Source of the DNA: Camelus ferus
Lineage: Eukaryota
DNA: 64,000 bases
Direction: 5' to 3'
Assembly (NCBI RefSeq): GCF_009834535.1
Contig: NC_045697.1
Coordinates: forward strand, 21,206,001-21,270,000
A program made the translations under genes and the position numbers. The stretch's first letter is position 1. Every line of letters begins with the position of its first letter. Below are positions 25,685-39,047 of the stretch, in pieces. Under the pieces are notes generated by a model. The model was not told where the DNA came from. It saw only the letters and a list, made by a program, of their open reading frames with translations, and ran no database searches.

Positions 25685-28600
25685 AAAGATGAATAATGAA
25701 GATGGAAGTAGATGACTGTATAAAGACATCACAAAAATAGAGAAAATACGAAATATGAAAAACCAGTTGCAAGTAAATAACACTCTTCAGAAAAAATTTG
25801 AGATAATGTGTATAAACGTGTGTATACACATACATTTACATACATTTATATCTCTCTCTCTCTCTCTCTATTCATAATGCAGATAAAATGTTGAAAAAAA
25901 AATCCATGAGCTAAAATGGCAACAATGGAATCAATCAATTCCATAATTTCAGACAGACAACATGTAACAATGTGAAAGCACATTGTTGTTACCATAAATT
26001 ACCTACCCTCCGGTAAACAGACTTCTAATGTCATCTATAATTCTGACTTTATTATTTAAAGGTGCTCTTTAATTCTGACATATGATTTGAGAGAATCATT
26101 CTATTTTTATTATATTTCTGTGTTGAATTAAATGAGCTACATAAATTCCTCTAATAAAAGCAAAAAGACATTTTTGAAATGCCTGATATCAAATCTACAG
26201 AAATCTGCTTTACTTTGCATATATTCTTTCATTATTGATTTTTTTAACATCTTGACATAATGAGGGAATTCGGAAATACAACTGATAAAACTATAACTCT
26301 GAGATAGTCTAACACTGCTGTGAAGTATTTTGACAAGCTCTGGCTTCTGCTACCCCTGGAAAAAAGCATAAAAGTGTATTAAAACTAAAATAAGTATGGC
26401 TAATACCCATTAGTTTCAACCTAGTTTCACATAGTATTTAGAAGTTGTCCCAGTTAAATCCATCAAAACACAAACCCTGCTAGGACAGGGGAGTTTTGTC
26501 CCTAAGGGCCCTTTCTTATAATTGCAGACCCATCCGATTTTTAAGTCATGTGAAAAGTCAATATGGAATCTCCAGGGAAGCTAGTTCTTTCCCAACTTTT
26601 CTATTTCTCTATTACTATGTTCATCTCATTTCAACTCTCATTCAAATTTTAACAACTGCAGAAGTAGGCTTATTTCAGAGCCTCCTGACATATATTTTTA
26701 CCTGGTAGAAGAGTCCAATACCCTCAGGGACCATATCAAAAATGCCCCACTTAAAAAGAATTTGCTGAAGTGCGTTTATGAACTCAGTCTCTATGCAGTC
26801 AGCAGTACAAGTCTATAATTTTCCTCAAATGAAGCTTGGCCTTTGAGCATAGTTATACTTTGTATCAAAGTCACATGCAATTACAAAAATGCGTGAAAAA
26901 AAATCAAGACCCTTTAGACAGCCGTTCTGATCATAGAGGTCAAAGTAATGCCAACAGACTCTTGTTTCCATCGCTTGCCTCCAGTCAGGGCTGTATTACA
27001 GCCACCCAGAAAGATGATTTTCTCTTTAAAAAATATTCTCCAATTATTCTCTATAGAAAGATATACAAACACATAATATCCTAATATAATTTTCTCATGA
27101 TGTTAAGGATAAAAAAGATTTTTGAGTAAGAAAATGTGTGGTTGCTGATTTGTACTTTTGGATCAAGAGAGAATTTTACAATGAATAGCAAGAGACTATA
27201 ATTACTGAAGAAGGGGCAAATTAGTTTTACTGTCCTGCAAAAGCAAGTAACTAGTATGTAGCAAATTATAATCCATGAATATTTAAGTCCCCTTAGGTAT
27301 TTCTCTCTTATTACATGGCAGAGAATATATCAAGAAATAACTCTTCTAAAAATGCAAATTCATCCCATGAATGCTTAACTCTTTTGTTAATCTGAGGAGC
27401 TGTTCTTTTTTCAGTCTTCACCTAGTATTAAAAAAAAAAAAAAAAAAAGAACAGGAAAGGGAAAAAAAAATCCCGCTAAAAGAAATCAAGCTGAATTTCA
27501 ATCATGATAGTTTTTGGAAATCAAAACCTCTGTAGATATTTGGTGATATTTTTAAATAAAACTGAAAAATAATTACTTCAGTTGAAAAACTCTATTAAAA
27601 TTTCAGATTACCTATGGAAATATAAATCATGAGATTTTTTAAAGTGTCCAAATGTTACTTATATGGTAAATTTATACATTTTTTTGCCCTTCAATCAGAA
27701 TTAACCATGGTAAGCATAAATATAATTTATAATGTTATATTCTATCAATTTCTATGATGAAATATTACTACATGTAGATTTAATGCCTGAATTAGAGTCA
27801 CATGTAAAGATTCATGGAGAAATTTCTTTATGCATATGATAAAAACAAGACTTACCATAAACAAAACAAAAGTGCTCATGAAGACGCTATTTTACTTTTT
27901 TTTAAGATCTCTACATAGAAAAAAATAAAAACACTTCTCTGAAATAAAGTACCGAGGCTTGGGAACTAAACAACTGAAATATATATAATAGCTCTAATCA
28001 CATTTCCATCTAGTGATTTCAGAACAAAGTGCTGTATTCTGTATTCATAGCTAACCCATTTATCAATACATTCAAATTAACTTAAAAAAATGTCTGCAGT
28101 GTGTAACAAATTTTGATAGGGTTTATGATGATCTTTGTGAGAATGAAAACTACCATCCAAGTGCTTAATAAAACGCTTGAACACAATGGATGTGGAATTA
28201 AAAAAAGAACTAACAGAATAACTAAATGGGTGCGCCTAATAATGTTTTTCTATCTTGTCTACAATGTCAATTTACCATATCTTTGTTTTAACTTCAAAAA
28301 TGGGTCAAAAAGTCATTTCATCAATCCTAGTTCTTAATGGACCATCACCATGGTTTATTCTGTTTTGTGTCCATTTATTTTGCATTTATCTTTGAAAACT
28401 ATTGATTCTTCCATAATTTGTACATGCCTTTTAAAAAGTGAATTTCTATGTGTTTCCTCTGGGTACGAACTGCCTCAAAGTGACTCCTTCTTTTATGTAG
28501 AAACATATATGCTTATTTATACATAAAGATATATTAGAAAAATATTGTAAAAATTCAAAACTTCAATTCCATCGTTAGCTATATGCTCCTGTACAATCAT

Positions 28601-28999
28601 TTCTAACAAAATATTTGGAAAGCTGACAATGTCTATGATTTCCTTACTTCCTAATATAAAGCCTTCACTGACCTACTGCAAATATTCCATCTGTTCATTA
28701 TTCTTTCTTAATTTAATTATGAATATATTCATTGATGTCCAGCATGTGAAAATAAAGATACAATCTGGCAAATGGACCACAGTGGTATAAGAGAAATGTT
28801 AGTATTTTACTTTCCTCCAGAATTAGGATAGAATTTCTTCCTGGGATGTGGGATTTTTTTTGTTATGAGATGATACTTTCAGTAGAATAAAATAAAACAA
28901 ATAAAAACAAAACAAATTAACTGTTTTTTGTTTGTCCATTTTCTTAAAGGATTCTTGAGGGGAATGGTGGCCATTTAAATCAAAATTTCCCAAGTCATG

Positions 29000-30830
29000 T
29001 TTTTAAAAAAGTTAAAATGAAGAGAAAACAGAACTAAACATGTATCTCTACTATAACTAGAAGGCAAAAAAAGAAGTCAAAAGCATAAAAATTGCACTAT
29101 GACAAGAAAGAAAAAAGAAAAAAATAAGTATTTTCCCCAAAATTAAAAAGAACATAAACAAATCAAAAGACATTCAGTATCTCCCCTATCATTCCTGCTG
29201 CCAAAAAAAAAGGAACTTAGTAAAGAAATCTAATTTATAAAACTGACAGAAGAGGCTGTTCACCTTCAAATTATACTCACACAGGACTCTGTTGATATAA
29301 TAAAACATTAAAAATTTTAAAAATCCTAAAAACAGAAATTGACTAAAGTTAGAAGTAAAATTAGAATTAACTGAATTTATTAAATAAATAGATTCAAAAA
29401 GAAAATCATAAAAAATGAAGACTTGGTTAAAAAGTGTCTGAGGAAGAATAGATTAGAGGAAAATAAAAAACTTAACAATGAATATTATAAAAAAAATAAG
29501 AAAAACAACCAAAAGATTGAAACAGAAAAAATAGAGTTTAAAAAACTGTTAAAAACTCTTGAGTAAAAGAGAACTAAAACTATTAGCTTTCAAAATAATA
29601 ATCAAAACTACATATTTTAGTTTATAATTGAATTATTTGGAAAAGTGTTCAGATATATACAAGGGAAATTTAGTTTACCTCATTAGAAATATAAAGTTCC
29701 AACAGACAAATATCTATAGTGAAAATGGAAAACTTTTTAACAAACTATTCCACAAAAATCACCATGTCAAATGATTAAAAATGGAATTTTAAAAGGCCTC
29801 AAATTTTTTAGGAACTGTGATGGGGATATTTATGTGTCAACTTAACTAGGTTGTGGAGTGTCAGAAATGCGGTCAAAATGGTTCTGGGTGTTTCTATAAG
29901 GATATTTCTTGATGAGATGAACATTTAACTGGGTAGATACAGTGAATCAGGTTGCCCTCCCCACTGTGGGACGACCTCATTCCACAGGTGAAGGCCTAAA
30001 TAGAACAAAAAGGCTGGCCCTCCCTAAATAAGATAATTTTTCTTTCCTGCCAGCTCTTGAACTGGGACACTGGCAATTTTCCTGCTGAAACATCAGGTTT
30101 TACTTCATCTGGAGCTGCCAGCCTTCGGACTGCAATTACACCGTCAGCTCTCCTGGGTCTCTGGCTGGTTGACTCACCCTGCTGATCTTGGGACTCGTCA
30201 GCATCCATGATCAGTTGAATCAGATCTTTACTACAAACCTTCCTCTCTGTATGTATATACCCTACCAGTTCTGTTGCTCTAGAGAACCCTGCTAATACAA
30301 GAATACTCAAAACTGAGGAAAATTTTTCAAAGATTATTTTCATGAAGCAAGTACTATCTTGGCATGTTACTATGATAAAAAAAAAAAAGTAGAAAAAAGG
30401 CAAAAGACACGATAACATGATTTCTGAATTAAAGGCAAAAGCATTAAATAAAATATTAACAAGCCAACTTTAACAATGCCAAGATGGCGTAACAAGGACT
30501 AGTGTATGAAAATGAGCGTTGTAATCAGTTATAACTCATAGAATATAATAAGTCACACATCCATATTGACAAAAACAAACAAATAAATAAATCACCCTAA
30601 GAATACCCTGGTTTTTAAGGGAAATATATTGAAGTACTTAGATGTTAATTAGTGTCATAAACATAACTTTCAAATGACTCAAAAAATAATAATATCTGCA
30701 AGAAACAGTAAAGCAAACACAATAAAATGCTAGCATGTGGAGAATCTGTATAAAAGATACATAGAGGATCTCTATTTCGTGTCTGAAATTTTTCTGTAAA
30801 TTTGAAGTTATTTCAAAATAAAAATTTAAA
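29000..30830 (+). mobile_element. Highly degenerate L1M pieces (A-rich body and L1ME/MC 3' end), interrupted by MLT2
   Basis: Strongly A-biased L1-like text; 3' end 'tttttctgtaaatttgaagttatttcaaaataaaa'. Confidence 0.55.
29816..30299 (+). mobile_element. MLT2 (ERVL) solo LTR
   Basis: TG...CA termini ('tgtgatgg..tttatgtgtcaactt' to 'ctagagaaccctgctaataca'), and 'gaaggcctaaatagaacaaaaaggctg'. Confidence 0.9.
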
Positions 30831-31531
30831 AGATAGAGGTCTCCTTTCAGTGGAATTAGGTTTTCAATATCTTTTTGAAGAATTGATTAAAATATTATGA
30901 CATGTCTTCTTGGTGTGATTTTCCTATTACAGAGCTCACTTTTCAGAGGATATGGAGTGACTAACATTGACACAATGGATTTATATGGAATGAGTAGAGT
31001 TGCTATTTTAATATTGAAATCTCATGACATCCATGATGATTGAAAATAGTGACAACAACCCAACTATAATTAACGTTTTTTGCAGAAAAGAAAGTTATGT
31101 AAATTAGAATTCAGCAGAATTAGAATTTTTCAGATTCATTTTGAAATGCAGTATTAGAATTAAGGAGATTCACTTTTAAATTAGGAGATTCACTTTGAAA
31201 TGCAATATTAAAACAGAGATATCAAAGCTGTGAACTATCCCAGAATTTTTTCACCACTGGGCATTTGTTTTTTCTGTTTCAGGCATAGAGTGCAAGATGC
31301 TGTAAGACTTAATGCAAACCAAGAGTCTAAACTTCATTATAATCTCACTGGGATAGGGAGGCAAAAATTGTATACAGGGTCACCAAGGAAGATAGGATTT
31401 CAGAGCAAACATCCCAGATAAAGGGAATTTGAGAAAAGCACACCTGATATTTAGTACTTAACTTCCTTTTGAGTGATTTGAGGGTTTGAATGTTTGCAAT
31501 GTGCACATTTCCAGGGTAAGACATTGTCAAG

Positions 31532-31597
31532 GAAAAGAAAAAAAAGAAAGAGAAAGAAAGAAACAAACCAACCAACCAACCAACCAACCAACAAACC
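31532..31597. repeat. (GAAA)n/(CCAA)n simple repeat
   Basis: Directly visible. Confidence 0.9.
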
Positions 31598-31629
31598 AGG
31601 GAACTGCTGCTAAGGTACAACACCAACCA

Positions 31630-32090
31630 CAACAATCTAATCAGCATTACTTATAAAACTGGGAATAGCTCAAATATACATCAATAGCAGGAGGGATAAA
31701 TAAAATACTATGTGTGTATGTAGCAGAACAGTCCCCAGCAATGAAATAGAACAAACTACTTTAATTATTAGCATTAATAGTGATGAGTATCATAGACGAA
31801 TGGTTGAGTGACATAATGAGGAAAGGAATGTACCATCTATGGAATGTTCATGAACAAGTGAAATGAACCAATGGTGGTGATAGAAATCAGAATAGTCTAT
31901 ACATTTACAGTGTGTGTAATAACTGGGATGGAACACAGGGGTGGGGCTTCTGAAATGCTACTTATATTTTGCATCTTAATCTGAATGTTTGTTCTGTGGG
32001 CATGGTTACTTTGTAGAAATTAACTGAGTTTTACACATTAGATTTTTCCTCTTTTAGAAGTTATTATTTTTCAAAGGAAATGTTAAAAAA
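31630..32090 (+). mobile_element. L1ME-type 3' end
   Basis: 'aaactgggaatagctcaaatatacatcaatagcagg', 'atggtggtgatagaaatcagaatag', 'ggggcttctgaaatgcta'. Confidence 0.75.
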
Positions 32091-35000
32091 CAAATGAAAT
32101 AGACTATTTCTCGTACAGAGTATTGTGAAAGTCAAACTTTATTGTTAATTCAATTAATGAGGACTGATTAAAATATACTTCTTGTGATATTGCCTATTAA
32201 ATAAATGACATTCAATTAGTAATAAAGATATAATATCCCAAAGTAGCCATGTCATTGACAAAAGAGGAAATAAGAGAAAATACAAATGATTAAAATAGAG
32301 ACTCTTGAAAGAGACAATTTTCTTAAATAAATCTGTCAAGTTATATTTTATTTTAAATGGGAAGGACTGGAGTAAATATCAAAAATCAAAAAACAGTCTG
32401 TGGGTGTAACATGCTTTCACAGACCAAATGCATTCAGCCTCAACTTGGATTTTGACATATCTACAGTTTTGAAAACTTTCATTGAGCTCATTTGAGCATC
32501 CAACCTCTCCCTAATACTGTGTGGCGAAGGAGTGACTTCAAATGTTGACAATATCAACCAGACATCAACCAATCAGAATGGATGCCAGTCACCATCAGCT
32601 GATACAGCCCCACAGACGTATCCTGGCTGAATATGAGACTGGCCAGGTGTCCTGTTAGCATGTTTGCAGAAATAGATATTACTCATGTAATTTGGATCTA
32701 ATGATCACTAACATTGCAACAGGAACCTGGGGAATTATGAATTATTTGTGCAAAATAATCATTACTGCTTCCTTATATGCATCATATTTGAGTAACATTC
32801 AAAGATTATCATCTAAGCCTATACTATCTTGTATTAACATTACCATAACAAATGGCTAAATTAAGACTTTCCATTTAGATTAATGCCAAATGAGTTCCCC
32901 TCTGCAGATTTTTATTTTGAATGTGTCTGTTTCTGGAAAACATTTTCAATGCTCTTCAATAGAATGCATTCAAGTGTTGAAAAAATCTGAGCCTGTCAGT
33001 TCAGATCATAATCTATTTATCCAGGTAAATCAACTCACCTTACAATTAAAGACAATTGGTCGTTACCACCACTACAGCAACCCTCTTAGCAGTTTCCCAG
33101 AACAATCTTTCATTCTCTCCCATCTGACTATTGGCAGCCTCAGGAAGTTCACTTTTATTTGTCACATTAATTCAATCAGTTGGGCTTGACTGAAATAACT
33201 CACTCAAGTACTTTACTCCTCTGTCTCTGATTTAAGCAGACTCTGCCTTGTCTTGGTTAGAGTGCAGGTTGGGCCCAAAACAGCCTTCTTTGAAGTTGTG
33301 TTCATTTTGAGTTAAGTGTGGTTCATACCTGCTCTATTATCCCTTCCACTGCATCTGTCCTTTTACATGTTTTAAAGCCTAACTGCTCTCCACAATTTGA
33401 AATCCAGGTAGAGGATTTCTGTAGGGATATTTTTTTTTTAATTATGTACAAGGCTTATAACAAAATAGTACTAAAATAAATTTATAGCTACAAATGTCTA
33501 AAATTTTGTAAAATAATAAAATTAAACTCAAGTTCCTAAAAGTGTGGCACAAATGAACAGTGCATGATGATTTTATAAAGTGGCTCAAAGCACTACAAAG
33601 TGTAAAAGTAGCAATAAATATAATCCTGCCTGTTAGTGATTCTGATAACAATTTGATATGCTATAATAGTCAACAATTAACTAGCGATAATCTAGTGTTT
33701 CACCATCGTAGACGTTTGAAGATTCCTGTGAAATTCTTTAGATGGCCTGAATCTCACTAGAAAATCATTATAAGGAAGTTTGAGCTGATTTATTTTTTTT
33801 TATAAATTTCTATGAAGCAAGCATACACAATCAGAAATATTTCATAAACTATGTACCACAATGATGTTGATACAACTACAGAGTTGATAAGAGATCCTTA
33901 TAGGGAAATATGTCTCACTAGTCATTCTTTTTCTTTTTCAAGCATTTATTAGCAGCACCTAAGTTCAAAGACAGAAGTGTGGTGTTAGGGTATACAAGTT
34001 TGCAAAGAATAAACTCCCTGAGTTTAACCACTGTGCAGAATAATCCAAGATAGAAATACTCAGCATAAAATAAAATAAAAATACTAAGAAACAGCTGCTG
34101 TTCAAAAAATATTTTTGAGGCTTTGTTGACTGTGTACATCCTGTGTTAATTTATACAAATCAAATTTATTGAGAACTAACCATTTACTGAACACCAAATG
34201 GAGAGATGAATACTTTTGACTTTAAGGAGATTACAGAAAAACCAAGAAAATGTCTGGTCACTACCAAAGCTTTTGAAAATAACTTTAAAACTGTTTTACC
34301 ACACTGCTAAAAGTAATCATATAATGGCAAGACAGTATTTTAGGAGGGTACATACTATTGTTTTATTTTACCAAAATGCGAATGCACAAAAGTGACTTAA
34401 GAGGGTAGAATTTAAAAAAAATTGTTATATAGCTTGATAATCTAGTCATTCATTCAAGCATTTAACTGATATATATTCATCACCTCCTTTTAGCCTGTCA
34501 TAATGTTCAACATGGCAGATTGAACAACTAAAGAAACGCAACAGCTTTTTCTTTCCAGATATTACACTATAAACTGAAACATACATATGAATTTGGCTGT
34601 ATTGGGCAATAATCCTGAGGGTGGAAATTAAAACCAATATCAGATAACATTTGTGTTGTAGTAAGGTCAATGTATAAGGGGATACCAGGCTTCTCCCAAG
34701 AATGCCCAACATGCTTTCTTTTATTCTTTTTCTTTCTTTTTTCCTTTTTAAATTTTTCCCCCTCTAATCTCTACTAAGTGGCATGCTCAGAGGCACTCAT
34801 ATCTGGGAGAGCCCCCTCCACACGATCTGTTATTGTCACGTCTATCCTTCACTCTGAAAGCCTGAGATGGCTCTGTTTCTTCAAGAAATGTGACAAAAGC
34901 TCATTCTTATCTCAAGTTGGATAGCTATGAATTGACATTAATTATTCAAGAGTAGTGAGATCCAAGATTCATATGTTTATTTAATGTAGAGTATATTTTA

Positions 35001-35517
35001 CCTTGCTTTGTTTCTAAATCTTAAGATTCCTTTAGACAACGAGAAAAGTTTGCTTAGTGCTTAAGCCGAGATCAAAACACGTTATAATAAGATTCGGGGC
35101 TGACTTTCATCAACAATAGAGTGATGCACATCCGAGTTAGTCTCTGACTACAGTGTGACTGCTGTAACTAATTTAATTAATATTTTATGTTCGTGCTAAT
35201 CAACCTAGTGAGTTTGCCTATTCCAAGTATATTGCAACATATTATATTCCCTTTGCTTAACGATAAAGCAACAATGTAAATGGAATAAACAGACAGATGA
35301 TGGGTAGATAGATATCTTAATTAAATCATGCATACATAAAACATCAGGAATTTTCAGAAAGATCAAGTAAGAGGGAAAAAAGGTGAATTTACTTTTTTGC
35401 TTCAATTTCTGACTTCTGAAGAGTAAAAAGTTGTTTTTTTTTTTTAATGTGGTTTAGTGCTAGAACAGTGATTATAAAATGACAGGAGTGAAGGTAAAGT
35501 AAGAAAATTAAGTCTCT

Positions 35518-35780
35518 GAGGAACAGAATGGCAAAGATCTTTGATAATTAGAACCCAAGTGTTTCCAAGTGGCCAGTTCAAATCCAGCTGATTTCAGCAG
35601 AGGCCAAGAGTGCATGATCTGATGGAAGTTCAATGCAATTCACGGAACAAAGACAAAGGAGTAGCCTTCCCTGGGATGATCAGCGATCACATCTTCAAAT
35701 CCGCAACAGCAATTGGCAAACTCATTACCCAGCTCTAAAAAAGTTGGCAAGTATTAAAATAGAAAAGGAGGGTGACCTAT
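35518..35780 (+). mobile_element. Probable LF-SINE relic
   Basis: Colinear matches to the LF-SINE consensus as I recall it: GTTCAAATCCAGC (35576-35588), tcagcagaggccaagagt, atctgatggaagttcaatg (35617-35635), cacatc...caattggca (to 35718), ggcaagtattaaaat...ggagggtgaccta. Confidence 0.7.
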
Positions 35781-36375
35781 TGGACACAGTACAAAAGGAG
35801 ATTGTTAGGGAAGTATTAGCTACTCTGTTCTTCTCGTTAGTTTCCTCCAAGCTAAATTTGGTCCACTAATTTTCAAGCTGAACTGCATTTTCAGGACCAT
35901 AAGGTAACAAAGAAAATGCTTCCTACCTCATCTCTTCAACTAAAAGATCTCAATTAATTAAAATGTTTTATTCCCAACCTCACAGCTTACTGTTATCAAC
36001 ACCCTTAATATTATTTCAGTCAAGATGTTATTGAAGTTCATGCTTTGAAGCCTTTCCTTGGTTCTGAACACATAGCAATGAGACATAAAACAATGAGACA
36101 CTATAACAAAAAATAATGAAAGGTCATAGCTTTAGGAACAAAAGAAGTATAACAACAACAGCAGAAACACACACAGAATGTTGAGCCTGGGTGAAAGTGT
36201 GTATCCTGTTGACTTAGACTTAGCCAAGGAAACTGGAGTTTCGGCTCATATGGGTAATGAGATGAAAGGTATTCAGTTTCTTTTGCTGATTAGGATTTTG
36301 ATTTGGTACCCTCCTGCTCTTATAAGGAAGTTAATAAAAATAACTGCTGCTACAAACACTGATTTTATATATATA

Positions 36376-36492
36376 GGCCAGGGGGAGGTGATTAGGTTTT
36401 TATTTATTTATTTTAGTAGAAGTACTAGAGAGTGAACCCAGGACCTTGTGCATGTTAGGCACATATCTACCACTGAGCTATACCCTCTCCCC
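36376..36492 (-). mobile_element. tRNA-derived camelid SINE (Vic-1-like)
   Basis: Reverse complement GGGGAGAGGGTATAGCTCAGTGGTAGATATGTGCCTAACATGCACAAGGTCCTGGGTTCAC (A and B boxes), (TAAA)n tail, then CCTAATCACCTCCCCC. TSD attttatatat at 36362-36372 and 36496-36506. Confidence 0.85.
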
Positions 36493-36754
36493 TGAATTTT
36501 ATATATGAAAGGAAGCAGAAAACACAGGTATAAATCAGAGACTAAAATTTGAACCAAGATTTTGTTACTATAGCTCTGTTTCCCTAATATAATTGTTAGA
36601 CATTCGAAGATGCCATTATAAGACCTAATATTAGACAGAGCCCCAAAAGTATCTGGTAAAAGAGAATTAGTCACAAAATCTGAGATCTCAGGAAAAAAAT
36701 AAGAGACAGAGAGATAGAGAGAGATTCTAAAACAAGTGAAGAAAATTGGTCCTA

Positions 36755-38717
36755 ATGATAAAAACTCTCGCCAAAGTGGGTATAGAGGGAACATATTTCA
36801 ACATAATAAAAGCTATATATGACAAACCTACAGCCAGCATAGTACTCAACGGTGAAAAACTCAAAAGCTTCCCACTAAAATCTGGGACAAGACAAGGATG
36901 CCCACTATCACCACTCCTATTCAACATAGTCCTGGAAGTCCTAGTCACAGCAGTCAGGCAAGAGAAAGAAATAAAAGGGATCCAAATTGGAAAAGAAGAG
37001 GTAAAAGTGTCATTATATGCTGATGACATGTTACTATATATAGAAAACCCTAAAAGGTCCACACAAAAGCTACTAGAGCTGATTGAAGAATTCAGCAAGG
37101 TAGCAGGTTACAAAATTAACGTTCAAAAATCAGTTGCATTTCTTTACACTAACGATAAATCAACAGAAGAAGAAAGTAAAGAAACAATCCCCTTTAAAAT
37201 AGCACCCAAAGTAATAAAATATCTGGAAATAAATCTAGCCAAAGTGGTGAAAGAATTATACACAGAAAACTATAAACCATTGATGAAGGAAATTAAAGAA
37301 GACTTCAAAAAATGGAAAGATATTCCATGCTCTTGGATTGGAAGAATCAATATTGTTAAAATGGTCACACTGCCCAAGGCAATCTACAGATTTAATGCAA
37401 TCCCTATCCAATTACCCAGGACATATTTCACAGAACTAGAAAAAATCATAATAAAATTCATATGGAACCATCAAAGACCTAGAATTGCCAAAGCATTACT
37501 GAAGAGAAAGAAAGAAGCTGGAGGAATAACTCTCTGAGACTTCAGACAATACTATAGAGCTATAGTCATCAAGACAGCATGGTATTGGTACCAAAACAGA
37601 CATATAGACCAATGGAACAGAATAGAGAGCCCAGAAATGAACCCACAAACTTGGTCAACTCATCTTTGACAAAGGAGGCAAGAATATACATTGGAATAAA
37701 GACAGTCTCTTCAGCAAATGGTGTTGGGAAAACTGGACAGCAGCATGTAAAACAATGAAGCTAGACACTCCCTTACACCATATACAAAAATCAACTCAAA
37801 ATGAATTAAAGACTTAAAACATAAGACAAGATACAATAAACCTCCTAGAGGAAAACATAGGCAAAACATTATCTGACATACATTTCAAAAATTTTCTCCT
37901 AGAAGAAATAAAAGCAAGAATAAACAAATGGGACCTAATGAAACTTACAAGCTTCTGCACAGCAAAGGAAACCAGAAATAAAACAAGAAGAAAACCTACG
38001 GAATGGGAGAAAATTTTTGCAAGTGAAACCGACAAAGGCTTGATCTCCAGAATATATAAGTATCTCATATGACTCAATAAGAAAAAAATAAACAACCCAA
38101 TCCAAAAATGGGCAGAAGACCTAAACAAGCAATTCTCCAAGGAAGACATACAAATGATCAAAAAGCACATGAAAAAATGCTCAATATCACTAATTATCAG
38201 AGAAATGCAAATCAAAACTACAATGAGGTATCACCTCACACCAGTCAGAATGGCCGTCATTCAAAAATCCACAAATGACAAATGCTGGAGAGGCTGTGGA
38301 GAAAGGGGAACCCTCCTACACTGCTGGTGGGAATGCAGTTTGGTGCAGCCACTATGGAAAACAGCGTGGAGATTCCTCAAAAGACTAGGAATAGACTTAC
38401 CATATGACCCAGGAATCCCACTCCTGGGCTTGTATCCAGAAGGAAATCTACTTCAGGATGACACCTGCACCCCAATGTTCATAGCAGCACTATTTACAAT
38501 AGCCAAAACATGGAAACAGCCTAAATGTCCATCAACAGGTGACTGGATAAAGAAGAGGTGGTATATTTATACAATGGAATACTACTCAGCCATAAAAACC
38601 AACAACATAACACCATTTGCAGCAACATGGATGCTCTTGGAGAATGTCATTCTAAGTGAAGTAAGCCAGAAAGAGAAAGAAAAATACCATATGAGATTGC
38701 TCATATGTGGAATCTAA
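36755..38717 (+). pseudogene. Disrupted L1 ORF2p (reverse transcriptase and Cys-rich C-terminus)
   Basis: [18 protein letters not shown] (37016-37027), [32 protein letters not shown]. Premature TGA at 37535-37537, later stops/frameshifts, no endonuclease domain. Confidence 0.95.
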
Positions 38718-39047
38718 AAAACAAAAACAAAAACAAACAAACAAACAAACAAAAACAAAGAGTAAATAAAGGACAGAAATAGACTCACAGACAGAGAATA
38801 CAGACTTGTGGTTACCAGGGGGGTGGAGGGTGGGAAGGGATAGACTGGGATTTCAAAATTGTAGAATAGACTACAATGTATAGCATAGGGAAATATACAC
38901 AAAATGTTATGATAACTCACAGAGAAAAAAATGTGACAATGAGTGTGTATATGTCCATGAATAACTGAAAAATTGTGCTGAACACTGGAATTTGACACAA
39001 CATTGTAAAATGATTATAAATCAATAAAAAATGTTAAAAAAAAAAAA
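36755..39047 (+). mobile_element. Young 5'-truncated L1 (ORF2 RT/C-terminal part, 3' UTR, poly-A)
   Basis: High-fidelity ORF2 peptides, G-rich 3' UTR tract at ~38818-38849, AATAAA 39023-39028, A12 at 39036-39047. Confidence 0.97.

Noticed and set aside
33033..33190. Minus-strand exon ending at AAG|GTGAGT
   Set aside because: Weak acceptor and stops in all frames.
36420..36492. tRNA gene
   Set aside because: A and B boxes are present, but the AT-rich tail, TSD and degenerate stems show it is a SINE.
38818..38849. G-quadruplex motif as a novel element
   Set aside because: G-rich tracts are a standard part of mammalian L1 3' UTRs.
36727..38998. Antisense ORFs of 123, 133 and 94 aa
   Set aside because: Routine antisense open frames within L1.
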